Positions 26,877 to 35,226 of a stretch of 36,618 bases of DNA are shown piece after piece. The notes below the pieces were generated by a model. That model had not been told where the DNA came from. It worked only from the letters and a program-made list of their open reading frames with translations, and did not search any database. Both the position numbers and the translations under genes were made by a program. Position 1 is the stretch's first letter. The number at the start of each line of letters is the position of its first letter. The DNA is from a virus (lineage: Duplodnaviria > Heunggongvirae > Uroviricota > Caudoviricetes), in IMG/VR virus record IMGVR_UViG_2602041909_000007; one strand, given 5' to 3'.

Positions 26877-29631
26877 TTCTACTGGTCAGGCCACCCCGCA
26901 GCAGGTCTGCTTTGCGGCGGGCGCGTTCAGTTGTTTCACTGATTCTCTGTGCGTGCTCTGCGTCACGGATGGCGCGCAGCATGTCAGAAAGCACGGTAAC
27001 GGGGGTTTTCATGGTGTTCTGGTCCTGCTGAAGTGTGGATGCCAGACGTGCGGCGGCTTCGGGGTCTGATGCCCCCAGCTGTGCCAGATAGCTGGCGACC
27101 GGGTTATGGCGGATCTCCGTGCTGCTTACGCCGTGATTACGGCTCAGGTGCTGCCAGAGCTGCGTGATTCGGCTGTCCGGGCGGGTATCCGGTTTGCGTA
27201 CAATTTCAAATCCCTGTGGTGCAATGATGCTGCCGTCAACGTACAGGCTGCCGCCCCGTAACAGGTGCTGCATCTGCTGTTCACCGATATGCAGGCCGAG
27301 AGATTCGGCAGATTCCCGCCATTCTTTAGCGAGTAATTCGTGGTTATCAGGCAAAGGCCGTGGCTGTTTGCGGCTCTGTGTCCAGTTCTGCATTTCATCA
27401 CTGCTGTTTTTTGCCTGCTTGTCACGCAGCGAACGCATCAGAGCCCGGCGTTCGTGCCGTTTCAGTGAGCGCATCCATTCGTTCACTTCAACGCCGTCAG
27501 GGAGCTGCGGCCACGGTGCTGGCCGTTCTTTCGGCTGTTCTGTCCCGTTGTTGTCCGTTTCCTGTACACGGGGACAGTTATTGCCACGAGTCCAAGGGGC
27601 GGCAGGGCCGCCCTGAAGGTCAAAACCATTTTCGCGGGCGCTGTCTTCCGCTTCCGGTTTACGTCTTACCAGCTTCCAGTTATCCGGATGTGTGCACACA
27701 CGGGAAGACTCCCCGATGAGTGGTGACCAGATCCCGTAAATCTGTACGCTCTGTTCGCCGTAATCGTTCAGCTCATCTGCGAGGTCGTAGGCGGTGCGAA
27801 TCAGGTAGTCTTTGCGTGGAACAAGTACGCCGCCCTGTTTTTCAATGTAGGAGGCAAAACACCCGGCATCAGCGGCAGCGAGCACTGCATCCATTGCGTC
27901 ATCCTTCAGCCGTTGCGGGCCTTCCGGGTTGCGTGCCATCTGGCTGGCAAGGCGGCGCAGTTCACGCCACACCTGACGGGAGGGGATGCCAAAGAACTGG
28001 AACTGGCGGACCCGGTGAAGGCGCGCCCAGCCGATGGCGCGCTCCACGCTCTCGGCCATTGATTTTCCGGTTTCGTGGTCAACGCGTGGCTTGCCCGTTT
28101 TCGGGTCGATACCATCCACGGCGCGGCTGTCCAGGTTCTTTCCGATGTAGGTGGCGATGTAGCTGGTTGGCGTGCCTTTTGAGCCGTCGACGTACTCCGC
28201 TTTAAAACGCGGAGTTATGTCATCGCCCAGCTCGTGGCGGTCTTCCTGAATGGCAATATCGCAGACGTGGGACACGATGGTTTCAATCTCGTCCGGATGT
28301 GCAAAGACCATCATATGCCAGTGCACAGTGCCGTCATGGTGAGGCTCCACCGTGCGGATGCCATACCAGCGAAGACCGTCGCGGTTCAGTTTTTTGCGGA
28401 CCGCCGCAAAAAACGTGTTAACCAGGTAATCGCTGGAGTCGCGCATGGTGGCCCCGTTCCATTTGGGATTCGGATGACCGTTCTCCGTTGTTGCGTGGTA
28501 TTTTGACGGGCAGGTGACAGTCAGAAACACCGCTCTGTCGCCACGGGCTTCGGCCAGAAGTTCCAGCCCCTTCATGGTGGCCATCATTTCTGCCTTACGG
28601 TGAACCGGGTTACTTACTCCCGCGTAATACACCGTCTCGAGATCAATCGTGAACCCGTCTTCATTTTCCAGCATGAAACTTTTCAGGAAATCGCGTGTTT
28701 TCTCGCGCTGTGCGCGAAACTCGCTTAATGCGTCCTGGCTCAGATAGGGCGATGTTTTTCTGGAAACCAGACAGGCGGCGCGGAGTTGTTCTTCTCTCCA
28801 CTCGCAACGTAACAGCCACAGTTTGCGTTTCCACCATTCCGCACAGGTCAGGCGAAGGACTGCGCCCGGCAGCAGCTCCGTGTCCGGTTCGTTCCTCCGG
28901 TCTTTATCTGTTGTCAGTGCGTCATAATGTGGAGGCATGATGTGCAGGTGTAACGCCATGCGGGCCAGCATCTGATACGTCTTCAGCGTTACATCCATGG
29001 TCAGTTCGCCATCGGTCGCGCCAAAGCCATCGCAGAGTTTTTCGAAGGTGCTGCTGAACATCGCCGCCGTCATGGTGGCCAGCGTCTGTATCTGGTGTTT
29101 GTTGAGCTGCGGCAGGTAAAGCAAATCGTCCAGGCGTTCGCGTCCGGCAAGGGAGCGATAACCCGGTGTCAGCCAGCGTCCGTCAGTGCGATCCAGACGT
29201 TCGAATATTTTGCGCAGGGTTCCGCGTGCATAGCGTTCCGCCTGCCAGCTCTTTTTGCCTTTCCGGCGATCGGCTTCCTGTTTTTTGCGCAGGAAGGAGA
29301 GGTGGCGAATAAGCGGATCGCGCAGATAGGACGGCAGCAGGCGCAGCGAGGCCATGGCTTCATCCACCGCGCCGCGTGCCTGTTTTCTGGCGTCTCCTGC
29401 CAGTGTGATGGTTTTGTCCTGTTTTTCCTGTGCATCCAGGCTTTTATTAATCAGGTTGCCCAGCGGCGTGGCGGAGAACGCCGCATCAGCCTTTTCCTGT
29501 CGGCGCTCGTTCTCTGCCCGGTAGGCATCCAGCCAGGAGGAAAGCGCGGATTCAGGTGCGGGGATCCCCGTTCCTTCACGCCCCACTGCGTGGCGCGGTT
29601 GTTGCCAGTCCCTGATGTACTCTGTCGTCAT
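26809..29631 (-). CDS. A: Replication initiation endonuclease (P2 gpA-like HUH rolling-circle initiator, 940 aa)
   Basis: HUH-type motif TVHWHMMVF and catalytic-Tyr region TSYIATYIGKNLD; position in early operon upstream of head genes as in P2; ~180 aa longer than P2 gpA. Confidence 0.8.
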   Translation of the reverse strand: MTTEYIRDWQQPRHAVGREGTGIPAPESALSSWLDAYRAENERRQEKADAAFSATPLGNLINKSLDAQEKQDKTITLAGDARKQARGAVDEAMASLRLLPSYLRDPLIRHLSFLRKKQEADRRKGKKSWQAERYARGTLRKIFERLDRTDGRWLTPGYRSLAGRERLDDLLYLPQLNKHQIQTLATMTAAMFSSTFEKLCDGFGATDGELTMDVTLKTYQMLARMALHLHIMPPHYDALTTDKDRRNEPDTELLPGAVLRLTCAEWWKRKLWLLRCEWREEQLRAACLVSRKTSPYLSQDALSEFRAQREKTRDFLKSFMLENEDGFTIDLETVYYAGVSNPVHRKAEMMATMKGLELLAEARGDRAVFLTVTCPSKYHATTENGHPNPKWNGATMRDSSDYLVNTFFAAVRKKLNRDGLRWYGIRTVEPHHDGTVHWHMMVFAHPDEIETIVSHVCDIAIQEDRHELGDDITPRFKAEYVDGSKGTPTSYIATYIGKNLDSRAVDGIDPKTGKPRVDHETGKSMAESVERAIGWARLHRVRQFQFFGIPSRQVWRELRRLASQMARNPEGPQRLKDDAMDAVLAAADAGCFASYIEKQGGVLVPRKDYLIRTAYDLADELNDYGEQSVQIYGIWSPLIGESSRVCTHPDNWKLVRRKPEAEDSARENGFDLQGGPAAPWTRGNNCPRVQETDNNGTEQPKERPAPWPQLPDGVEVNEWMRSLKRHERRALMRSLRDKQAKNSSDEMQNWTQSRKQPRPLPDNHELLAKEWRESAESLGLHIGEQQMQHLLRGGSLYVDGSIIAPQGFEIVRKPDTRPDSRITQLWQHLSRNHGVSSTEIRHNPVASYLAQLGASDPEAAARLASTLQQDQNTMKTPVTVLSDMLRAIRDAEHAQRISETTERARRKADLLRGGLTSRNKKQTETGFTNPVNEQKTRRDI

Positions 29632-29637
29632 ACTGAT

Positions 29638-30003
29638 TTACTGCGTCATACCGTTCAGGGTGTCACGGCAAACGGCAGCCAGCCGCTGAATTTCCAGCAC
29701 GGTGTCTTCTGTGTCGGCATGGCGATGTGTGATGCGGATGCTGTCGGCAATCACATCGACGATTGCAGAGGATGGGCGCTGGTAAATGCCAATAACGGAC
29801 GGAGTGCCACCTTCAATGCGGTAAAGCCTGTAATTTCCCTCGTGGCTGTCAATCATGTAGCGACCATCAATAACAATCTTTCCGTCAGCGAGCTGCGGTA
29901 CAGGCAGGGATTTCAAGTACATGTCATAACGTTCACGCACGCGAACGGCAAGATCACGCTCTGTGTTGAGCAGGTATTCAAGAAAGTCGTTGGCGAGAAT
30001 CAT
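29638..30003 (-). CDS. Hypothetical early protein (121 aa)
   Basis: ORF immediately upstream of gpA-like gene in same operon. Confidence 0.45.
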   Translation of the reverse strand: MILANDFLEYLLNTERDLAVRVRERYDMYLKSLPVPQLADGKIVIDGRYMIDSHEGNYRLYRIEGGTPSVIGIYQRPSSAIVDVIADSIRITHRHADTEDTVLEIQRLAAVCRDTLNGMTQ

Positions 30004-30075
30004 TGCGGCAATCCTCTTGTTACAGATGTGCGAAGGCCTCCCGCCGCAAGGTGCAGGAAAGGCCCGGAACAGGAA

Positions 30076-30306
30076 TTAATGGAGTTTGTTTTGCTGCTGG
30101 ATGAGCTGCTGAAGCTCGCGCAGATCATCCGCCAGATAACTGAAAACAGCGGATGAGTAGAGGTTTGAAAGTTCGCAGCTACGCTCATGCAGCATATTGA
30201 TGTGCATGATTTTAGCGACGCGGAATGCGCGGGAAAGTCTGCGGTTGATTTCAGTCTGGATGTGACGACGCTCCGCGATAGCGCGGTGCTGTTTGCGGTT
30301 TGCCAT
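30076..30306 (-). CDS. Hypothetical small basic protein (76 aa)
   Basis: Compact ORF preferred over overlapping low-complexity 205-aa ORF; lies downstream of candidate promoter/operator repeats. Confidence 0.4.
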   Translation of the reverse strand: MANRKQHRAIAERRHIQTEINRRLSRAFRVAKIMHINMLHERSCELSNLYSSAVFSYLADDLRELQQLIQQQNKLH

Positions 30307-30309
30307 GGT

Positions 30310-30540
30310 GTGGTCTCTGTAGTTGCAAGTTTTGAAAACTCACCATCCAGAGGTTGCAATTCTGGGTGGCGAGGCGTATGGGGTTGCAACCACCGGCAAC
30401 TACAGAAACCGGCCCGACCGAAGTCGGCCCCATGCGCCCCACCATAATTCGTGTGCGAAAAAGACGTGGCGATACGGTACGCACAAAAAAACCGCTGGCG
30501 CGGTTGTGCGCTGTAGTTGTCAGCGGGGGTTGCAATCCCG
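30310..30540. promoter_or_regulatory. Non-coding region with four GGTTGCAA palindromic motifs and an internal minus-strand terminator
   Basis: GTTGCAA at ~30322, 30353, 30383 (spacing ~31 and ~30 bp) and ~30529; hairpin CCGC-tggc-GCGG with 8-T run on minus strand at ~30483-30505. Confidence 0.45.
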
Positions 30541-30628
30541 GCACCCGTTTTATGGGGTGCAGCGGAAATGTAACCTGATTGATTGCGGCAGGGCAAGCGG
30601 TTTTTTTGTGTGTGCATGTTCTGGTTTC

Positions 30629-30928
30629 TTAGTGGTTCAGAAAAAAATCAAAAACCTTGTCAATGCGTTGCAGCAGCTCTTGCTGTATTGCTTCCGGCGT
30701 TTCCGGTTCGCCTGGCGCCTCCAACGTCGCGCAGAAATCCTCGATTTCATGACGGAGCGTCAGGCGAATGGCGAGAGGTGTGGTTCTGGCGTGCTCCAGC
30801 TCATCCAGCAGCGCCAGCACAGCAGACGGCGAGAGCATTGCGCGAAACGCCAGTAATTTTTGAGGCGTTGCCATTCGTTGCAGGTCAGTCGCCAGTTCGC
30901 GTAATTCCTTGTGGTTGATGGCGCTCAT
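30629..30928 (-). CDS. Hypothetical early protein (99 aa)
   Basis: ORF with ATGA-type coupling to upstream gene. Confidence 0.5.
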   Translation of the reverse strand: MSAINHKELRELATDLQRMATPQKLLAFRAMLSPSAVLALLDELEHARTTPLAIRLTLRHEIEDFCATLEAPGEPETPEAIQQELLQRIDKVFDFFLNH

Positions 30929-31170
30929 GCTCTGGCTTCCTTCAGTAGCTGGTTAAACATGTTGGTAAGTGGATTGCCGCACCCGAACGGCATCGGGTTT
31001 ATCTGGTAAGAAAAGCGACCGCCTGTTTTGCGCTCTTTTCTTATGACTGAACCGCTGCGCCAGAGTCGGCGTAACTCCGCATTAATGGCTGTGGTTGGGG
31101 TATTCAGTGCTGCGGCGATTTCTCCACCGCTACACCCCGGATTGGCAGCGATATAATCCAGAACGGTCAT
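30925..31170 (-). CDS. Putative winged-helix DNA-binding protein (81 aa)
   Basis: MTVLDYIAANPGCSGGEIAAALNTPTTAINAELRRLWRSGSV pattern typical of wHTH regulators; coupled to neighbours. Confidence 0.45.
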   Translation of the reverse strand: MTVLDYIAANPGCSGGEIAAALNTPTTAINAELRRLWRSGSVIRKERKTGGRFSYQINPMPFGCGNPLTNMFNQLLKEARA

Positions 31171-31370
31171 CTGCGTGACTCCTGTACCTGTCGGATAAGG
31201 TTCACCCGCACCACATTCGTGGCGCAGAAGTAAGTGCCGTCAGTGAGATAGATGTGATGTGCATCCTTTTCTGAACGGTGTTTGTCGATTGTGGTAATCA
31301 GGCGTTCATCGACTTCGTATTCGCTCCCTCTGGAGGTGAAGCGAACGACGGTAAATTGCTTAATTGCCAT
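31167..31370 (-). CDS. Hypothetical early protein (67 aa)
   Basis: ORF coupled to neighbours in early operon. Confidence 0.4.
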   Translation of the reverse strand: MAIKQFTVVRFTSRGSEYEVDERLITTIDKHRSEKDAHHIYLTDGTYFCATNVVRVNLIRQVQESRR

Positions 31371-31699
31371 TACATTTCCTTAACCTGGAAGGCCTGCACC
31401 ATTTGGTGCAGGCGGTACATGGTGCGAAAACGCGGGCGGGTGCGACTGGTGTCAGTTTCGCGTCCGTTAACGCGGTTCAGCCAGCCGTAGCCGTACCAGC
31501 GATTGGCAATCCATACTTCAACGACGTTGTCGTTGTGATGAAAAATCGCGTTGTGCTCATTCGTTGCGACGAGAACGCCTTCATTCAGTAGCTGCTGTAG
31601 CTCTGCATCCCATGAAGGGTTGAATTGGTAGACATAAAAGCCACTTGCGCTTTTCAGAATGTGACTCATCAGAGTCATGCGGTATTTCAGTTTCCCCAT
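31370..31699 (-). CDS. Hypothetical early protein (~110 aa)
   Basis: Start set at internal ATG 31699 (MGKLKY...) to avoid overlap with upstream gene. Confidence 0.4.
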   Translation of the reverse strand: MGKLKYRMTLMSHILKSASGFYVYQFNPSWDAELQQLLNEGVLVATNEHNAIFHHNDNVVEVWIANRWYGYGWLNRVNGRETDTSRTRPRFRTMYRLHQMVQAFQVKEM

Positions 31700-31706
31700 A
31701 GCTGAC

Positions 31707-32120
31707 TTATGCGTTAAATGTGGAAGAGGCTGCGGGGTCGGTGAACACAACTCTGTCACGCGCAACAATGCGCACATCCTCCAGAGGTTTGTTTTCGTCT
31801 GTGGGGGATGGGGTGATCAGGTATCCGTTTGCCATTTCTGACAGAATGATGAATTCCTGTGACGGGTTACCGACGATAACGACCCGTTGTCCTGCGACGG
31901 GTAAAGTCGTGCCGGCACCGGCTAACTGAGCTTTGAGGGCGCTGATTTCTTTGTGTTGTTCTTCGATGAACTCGGCGGCATTTTCTATGACGCCGGCTAC
32001 CATCAGTGCATGAACGCTGAGAATGTGAGCGCCTACCTTTGTTGCTCGCTCGTGCATTTCACGCTCCATCGCGGATAACATTTTCAGAGAGGTAAGGGTG
32101 TCTTCGGTTTTTGTGTTCAT
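31707..32120 (-). CDS. Hypothetical early protein (137 aa)
   Basis: ORF in early operon. Confidence 0.5.
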   Translation of the reverse strand: MNTKTEDTLTSLKMLSAMEREMHERATKVGAHILSVHALMVAGVIENAAEFIEEQHKEISALKAQLAGAGTTLPVAGQRVVIVGNPSQEFIILSEMANGYLITPSPTDENKPLEDVRIVARDRVVFTDPAASSTFNA

Positions 32121-32212
32121 TTTCTTTCTCCGTTGTTTGGATGTACGAATACCTCCGCGAATGCGGATTGTTTTCAGGTTTTCTTATTTAATGTGGTGTT
32201 TTATTTGTGCTG

Positions 32213-32326
32213 TTATTCGTCAGAGAAAAAACGCTCAATCTTTTTCACTGAATGAATAATTCGCATAATGCCAATGGTGCAGACCACCGAAATAATCAGA
32301 ATAAGCCATGATATAAATATACTCAT
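32213..32326 (-). CDS. Small hydrophobic membrane peptide (37 aa)
   Basis: Not in ORF track. My translation MSIFISWLILIISVVCTIGIMRIIHSVKKIERFFSDE; ATG overlaps stop of upstream 80-aa ORF (ATGA), single TM helix then basic tail. Confidence 0.45.
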   Translation of the reverse strand: MSIFISWLILIISVVCTIGIMRIIHSVKKIERFFSDE

Positions 32327-32565
32327 GCGATATTCCCCAGTTTATATGGTTCAATGCGAACCCCGTATTCTGTGTCCCGGACAAGTTCGGAAAGCTCGTT
32401 AATCGCATCCAAATCGTCAGCGTAAAAGGCCACGTCATAAAGGCTTCTGATTGCCCTTGCTAATGAATCATAGGCCGCGTGTTCTGCCTGGACTCCTGAT
32501 GTGTTTAAGCGAAAATGAAAACGCTCAAGTGCTTTATTGACGAGAGTCTTGTATTCCTGGTCCAT
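32323..32565 (-). CDS. Hypothetical early protein (80 aa)
   Basis: ORF in early operon, coupled to small peptide gene downstream. Confidence 0.5.
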   Translation of the reverse strand: MDQEYKTLVNKALERFHFRLNTSGVQAEHAAYDSLARAIRSLYDVAFYADDLDAINELSELVRDTEYGVRIEPYKLGNIA

Positions 32566-32576
32566 TGCAACGCCCT

Positions 32577-32855
32577 TTAATCTGCCTTATGGGTTTCAGC
32601 TTCTGAATCCATACAAATAATTTCGATATAGGGTTCATCGCCATTAACCTGACGTGCCTTTTCAGCTTCGCTAATGATTTCTCGTACGGTCTGATACGGA
32701 AGCTCCACAGTCAGGCGCGTACCGTTCAGATAAACGTAAGTAGCTGCGTTTTTTTCGGATGGAACAACTCCGTCAATGGCTGATGCGCGTAATAACAGTT
32801 CACCGCGAAAATCAATAAAACGGATAAATACACTTTGTGCATGGTCTTTGGTCAT
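32577..32855 (-). CDS. Hypothetical early protein (92 aa)
   Basis: ORF in early operon. Confidence 0.5.
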   Translation of the reverse strand: MTKDHAQSVFIRFIDFRGELLLRASAIDGVVPSEKNAATYVYLNGTRLTVELPYQTVREIISEAEKARQVNGDEPYIEIICMDSEAETHKAD

Positions 32856-32865
32856 AAATCACCTG

Positions 32866-33264
32866 TTATAAATCAGCCTGTTTAATGAAATTCTGTCCGC
32901 GCAGCAGACGATCAACCGTGCGCAGAGCTTCGTACAACGTGAAATCCTGTCCAAACTGATTGTCGCCGTTGCTCAGAGCAAAAATGCGGTTTCCGGTAAA
33001 TGGGTTGCGTTGGCATCTGTGAACCACGATTCCTGCTTTCTCAATTAGCCAGGTGTGTTCACCAATTTGTTTTACGGGATGGCCATCAGGTGTGGCGTGT
33101 GTTTCGCTCAGGCTGTAGCGAGAGCTGCTGCGTGATGCGCTGGTGGCGAAACGGTTAGCGTGGCGTTCCGCCCCGTTGCGGAAGCGTTGCTGTGAAGAAT
33201 TTCGTTGTTGCTTCATACAAAAATATCCTGCTGCTGTTGCGAATTTGTGCCGGGTTTTAGCCAT
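32866..33264 (-). CDS. Hypothetical early protein (132 aa; alternative start at 33216)
   Basis: ORF in early operon; basic N-terminus; start uncertain. Confidence 0.4.
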   Translation of the reverse strand: MAKTRHKFATAAGYFCMKQQRNSSQQRFRNGAERHANRFATSASRSSSRYSLSETHATPDGHPVKQIGEHTWLIEKAGIVVHRCQRNPFTGNRIFALSNGDNQFGQDFTLYEALRTVDRLLRGQNFIKQADL

Positions 33265-33357
33265 GCCCGGCGCATGGTTTTGTGGTATTTTTCCACCGCC
33301 CGCAGTCTTGAAGGGGCTGTAAAGGGCGCGTGTTTAACCAACCACAAAGGAGTTGTT

Positions 33358-33825
33358 ATGGAATTAGATGCTTTTGTGTGTCTGCGAATTTTTGAAAAAC
33401 ACTGCGAGCGAGTTGCTGAATCCTATCGTGATGTGCTGGATAAAGAAACAGCCAACTCAGCATTTGTTGCTACTCGAGCATTAATTCTCCTTAAATTGGA
33501 TTTGCTACTTGTCGAGTATCGAAGAAATATTGATTCCAAGTGTGTAGTCCTCTTCGGAAAAAATGTGCTTTATCATTATCTTTTCACCCAAAAGGGTGTT
33601 TCATTGTCTGATGCCAAAAATATGTGTCTCCATGACATACTTATTGTTCTCTGGAATGATATTAATGCATATGTAATACCAGAGCATGTATCCGAGCGTA
33701 TCCAGATTCTTTATAAGCACGAGCTCTCATCTCCAATGCCTGATTTAAGTTATGAAGATGAAAGTCTGTTGCACTTTAAGGATTCTGCTTGGGATTTTTA
33801 TCCTGCCGATACACGACTGAATTAA
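33358..33825 (+). CDS. Hypothetical AT-rich accessory protein (155 aa), antisense-oriented relative to early operon
   Basis: Strong AAGGAG SD 7 nt upstream of ATG 33358; markedly AT-rich; convergent with and overlapping 3' end of 33776..34384. Confidence 0.55.
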   Translation: MELDAFVCLRIFEKHCERVAESYRDVLDKETANSAFVATRALILLKLDLLLVEYRRNIDSKCVVLFGKNVLYHYLFTQKGVSLSDAKNMCLHDILIVLWNDINAYVIPEHVSERIQILYKHELSSPMPDLSYEDESLLHFKDSAWDFYPADTRLN

Positions 33826-34384
33826 TAAACTCATTGTTTCTATCTATTTCAGCCTGGTAGGCCTCTAACTCATGCCGTAATTGTTGTTGTCTTAGTGGTA
33901 ACCTGTTGCGGCATTTCAATTCTGCTACAACGGTTTCCAAAAAATTTATCAGTTCTTCATCAGTGTATGAGCCAGCATAAATGTACGGTTTAGTGTTAGC
34001 GCATGTACAGTCTGCTGTTTCTTTAATGAGCATTGATTCGTCATCCATAATCTGTCGATAAAGTTCAAATGCTTCTTCGGCAGGAAACCTGAGCATGACG
34101 CCGCATACTGGTTCTAAAACCAATCCGAACGTTCCCTTTGCGTTATCCCGACAAAAATGGCCGTATTCATCGTCGGGATGCAGGGTGGCATCTTTCAAAT
34201 CTTCGCCATTCTGAAGCTTTGATTTAAATGCCATCAGGTCAGCGAACGTTCTGTGTAATTCGTGGTAGTCAATGCTGATTTCAACCTGTGGTTTGCCCGG
34301 AAAAACCAGCAAAAGCTTCTGGTGCGGCTTTTCGTTTTTCAGGGTTTCCAGTCGTTCCAGTAGCGCTTTATTTTTGTGATTCAT
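33776..34384 (-). CDS. Hypothetical accessory protein (202 aa)
   Basis: ORF downstream of cox-like gene; AT-rich (~43% GC by eye); 3' end overlaps the plus-strand 155-aa gene by ~50 bp. Confidence 0.5.
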   Translation of the reverse strand: MNHKNKALLERLETLKNEKPHQKLLLVFPGKPQVEISIDYHELHRTFADLMAFKSKLQNGEDLKDATLHPDDEYGHFCRDNAKGTFGLVLEPVCGVMLRFPAEEAFELYRQIMDDESMLIKETADCTCANTKPYIYAGSYTDEELINFLETVVAELKCRNRLPLRQQQLRHELEAYQAEIDRNNEFINSVVYRQDKNPKQNP

Positions 34385-34582
34385 TCTACTGTTACCTCTT
34401 TTAACTCATTCAGGCAGGGTGATATAACCCACTAACTGCCCGTGTTTGAAATAACGGCGACGAAAGTGATTTGTTATTTGTGTTAAAAATAATTTAGTCA
34501 TTTCAAAGTCCCAGCCACAGCAACCATGCGTCTCGCTATTCTTTCTGGCGAGCAAAGAATACTTCGACGCTCTTGATGTTGT

Positions 34583-35110
34583 TTATGATAAATCGCTCTC
34601 GTGATCTCTGCGTTTTTCCAGTTTTGAACTTCTACCCATATAAACCCGTTTTCCGTTAACGGTCTGGCAATCTTCTTTGTCGACTGGTGCGAACTTTCTT
34701 TTCTGGCGGTCATACGTCCAGTAACTTTTCCAGTTGTGCCATTCCGGGGGTTCGCACTCTGGTAGCTCATCAGCCAACTTGTCCCACTCTTTGGCGTTAA
34801 ACCACCATACGCCGTCTGAGTTTTCATCTTCCGGGTTTGTGCGCGTCTTGTGTCCCGGCATTTGACCGCGATGAATGGCTACGCGCAGTGCAGATTTTGT
34901 TAGCCCAATATATGCCGCGCCTTTTTCCAGAGAGCAAAGCCCGGCGATCGGACCATCCAGCCGCAAAGTCGCTCCTTTTTTGTAGGAACGCTTTTTCTTG
35001 TTTTCTTCGTGCTCGTCGTCGTTGGCGGCATCAATGGATCCGCTGAGTGCGTCACTTTCCTGAAGTGGTTGGTGGTCAGATAACTCTTTATCGGCAATGA
35101 AGTCCCGCAT
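34583..35110 (-). CDS. Cox/Apl-like excisionase-regulator with acidic N-terminal extension (175 aa)
   Basis: Divergent from repressor gene; HTH segment LEKGAAYIGLTKSALRVAIHRGQMP and GVWWFNAKEWDKL resemble P2 Cox (…KSTGAVRRMIDKGKLP…EYWVYLPAWNNGL); start codon uncertain. Confidence 0.45.
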   Translation of the reverse strand: MRDFIADKELSDHQPLQESDALSGSIDAANDDEHEENKKKRSYKKGATLRLDGPIAGLCSLEKGAAYIGLTKSALRVAIHRGQMPGHKTRTNPEDENSDGVWWFNAKEWDKLADELPECEPPEWHNWKSYWTYDRQKRKFAPVDKEDCQTVNGKRVYMGRSSKLEKRRDHESDLS

Positions 35111-35169
35111 TTGTTATCCTCTTGCGTTGGTGCGCTTGTCGCGCCTTGTGATGGTTTGTTTTGGCTTGT

Positions 35170-35226
35170 AAAGATAACCAAAAGGTTATCTTTGTGCGAG
35201 AGGTTAATACTCAAATGGTTATCTTG
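35170..35226. promoter_or_regulatory. Candidate repressor operator: perfect 10-bp inverted repeat plus third direct half-site at repressor start codon
   Basis: AAAGATAACC-aaaa-GGTTATCTTT at 35170-35193; GGTTATCTTG at 35217-35226 overlapping ATG of C-like gene; located in divergent cox/C intergenic region. Confidence 0.5.

Noticed and set aside
29095-30156. 353-aa ORF on plus strand
   Set aside because: Antisense to gpA-like gene and the 121-aa early gene; no SD and breaks the operon logic.
30000-30617. 205-aa ORF on minus strand
   Set aside because: Low-complexity Ser/Ala/Thr-rich translation spanning a region better explained by a 76-aa gene plus non-coding regulatory DNA with repeats and a terminator.
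34498-35214. ORFs 34498..34827 and 34900..35214 overlapping the cox-like gene
   Set aside because: Overlap the better-supported 175-aa Cox-like frame; no independent motifs.
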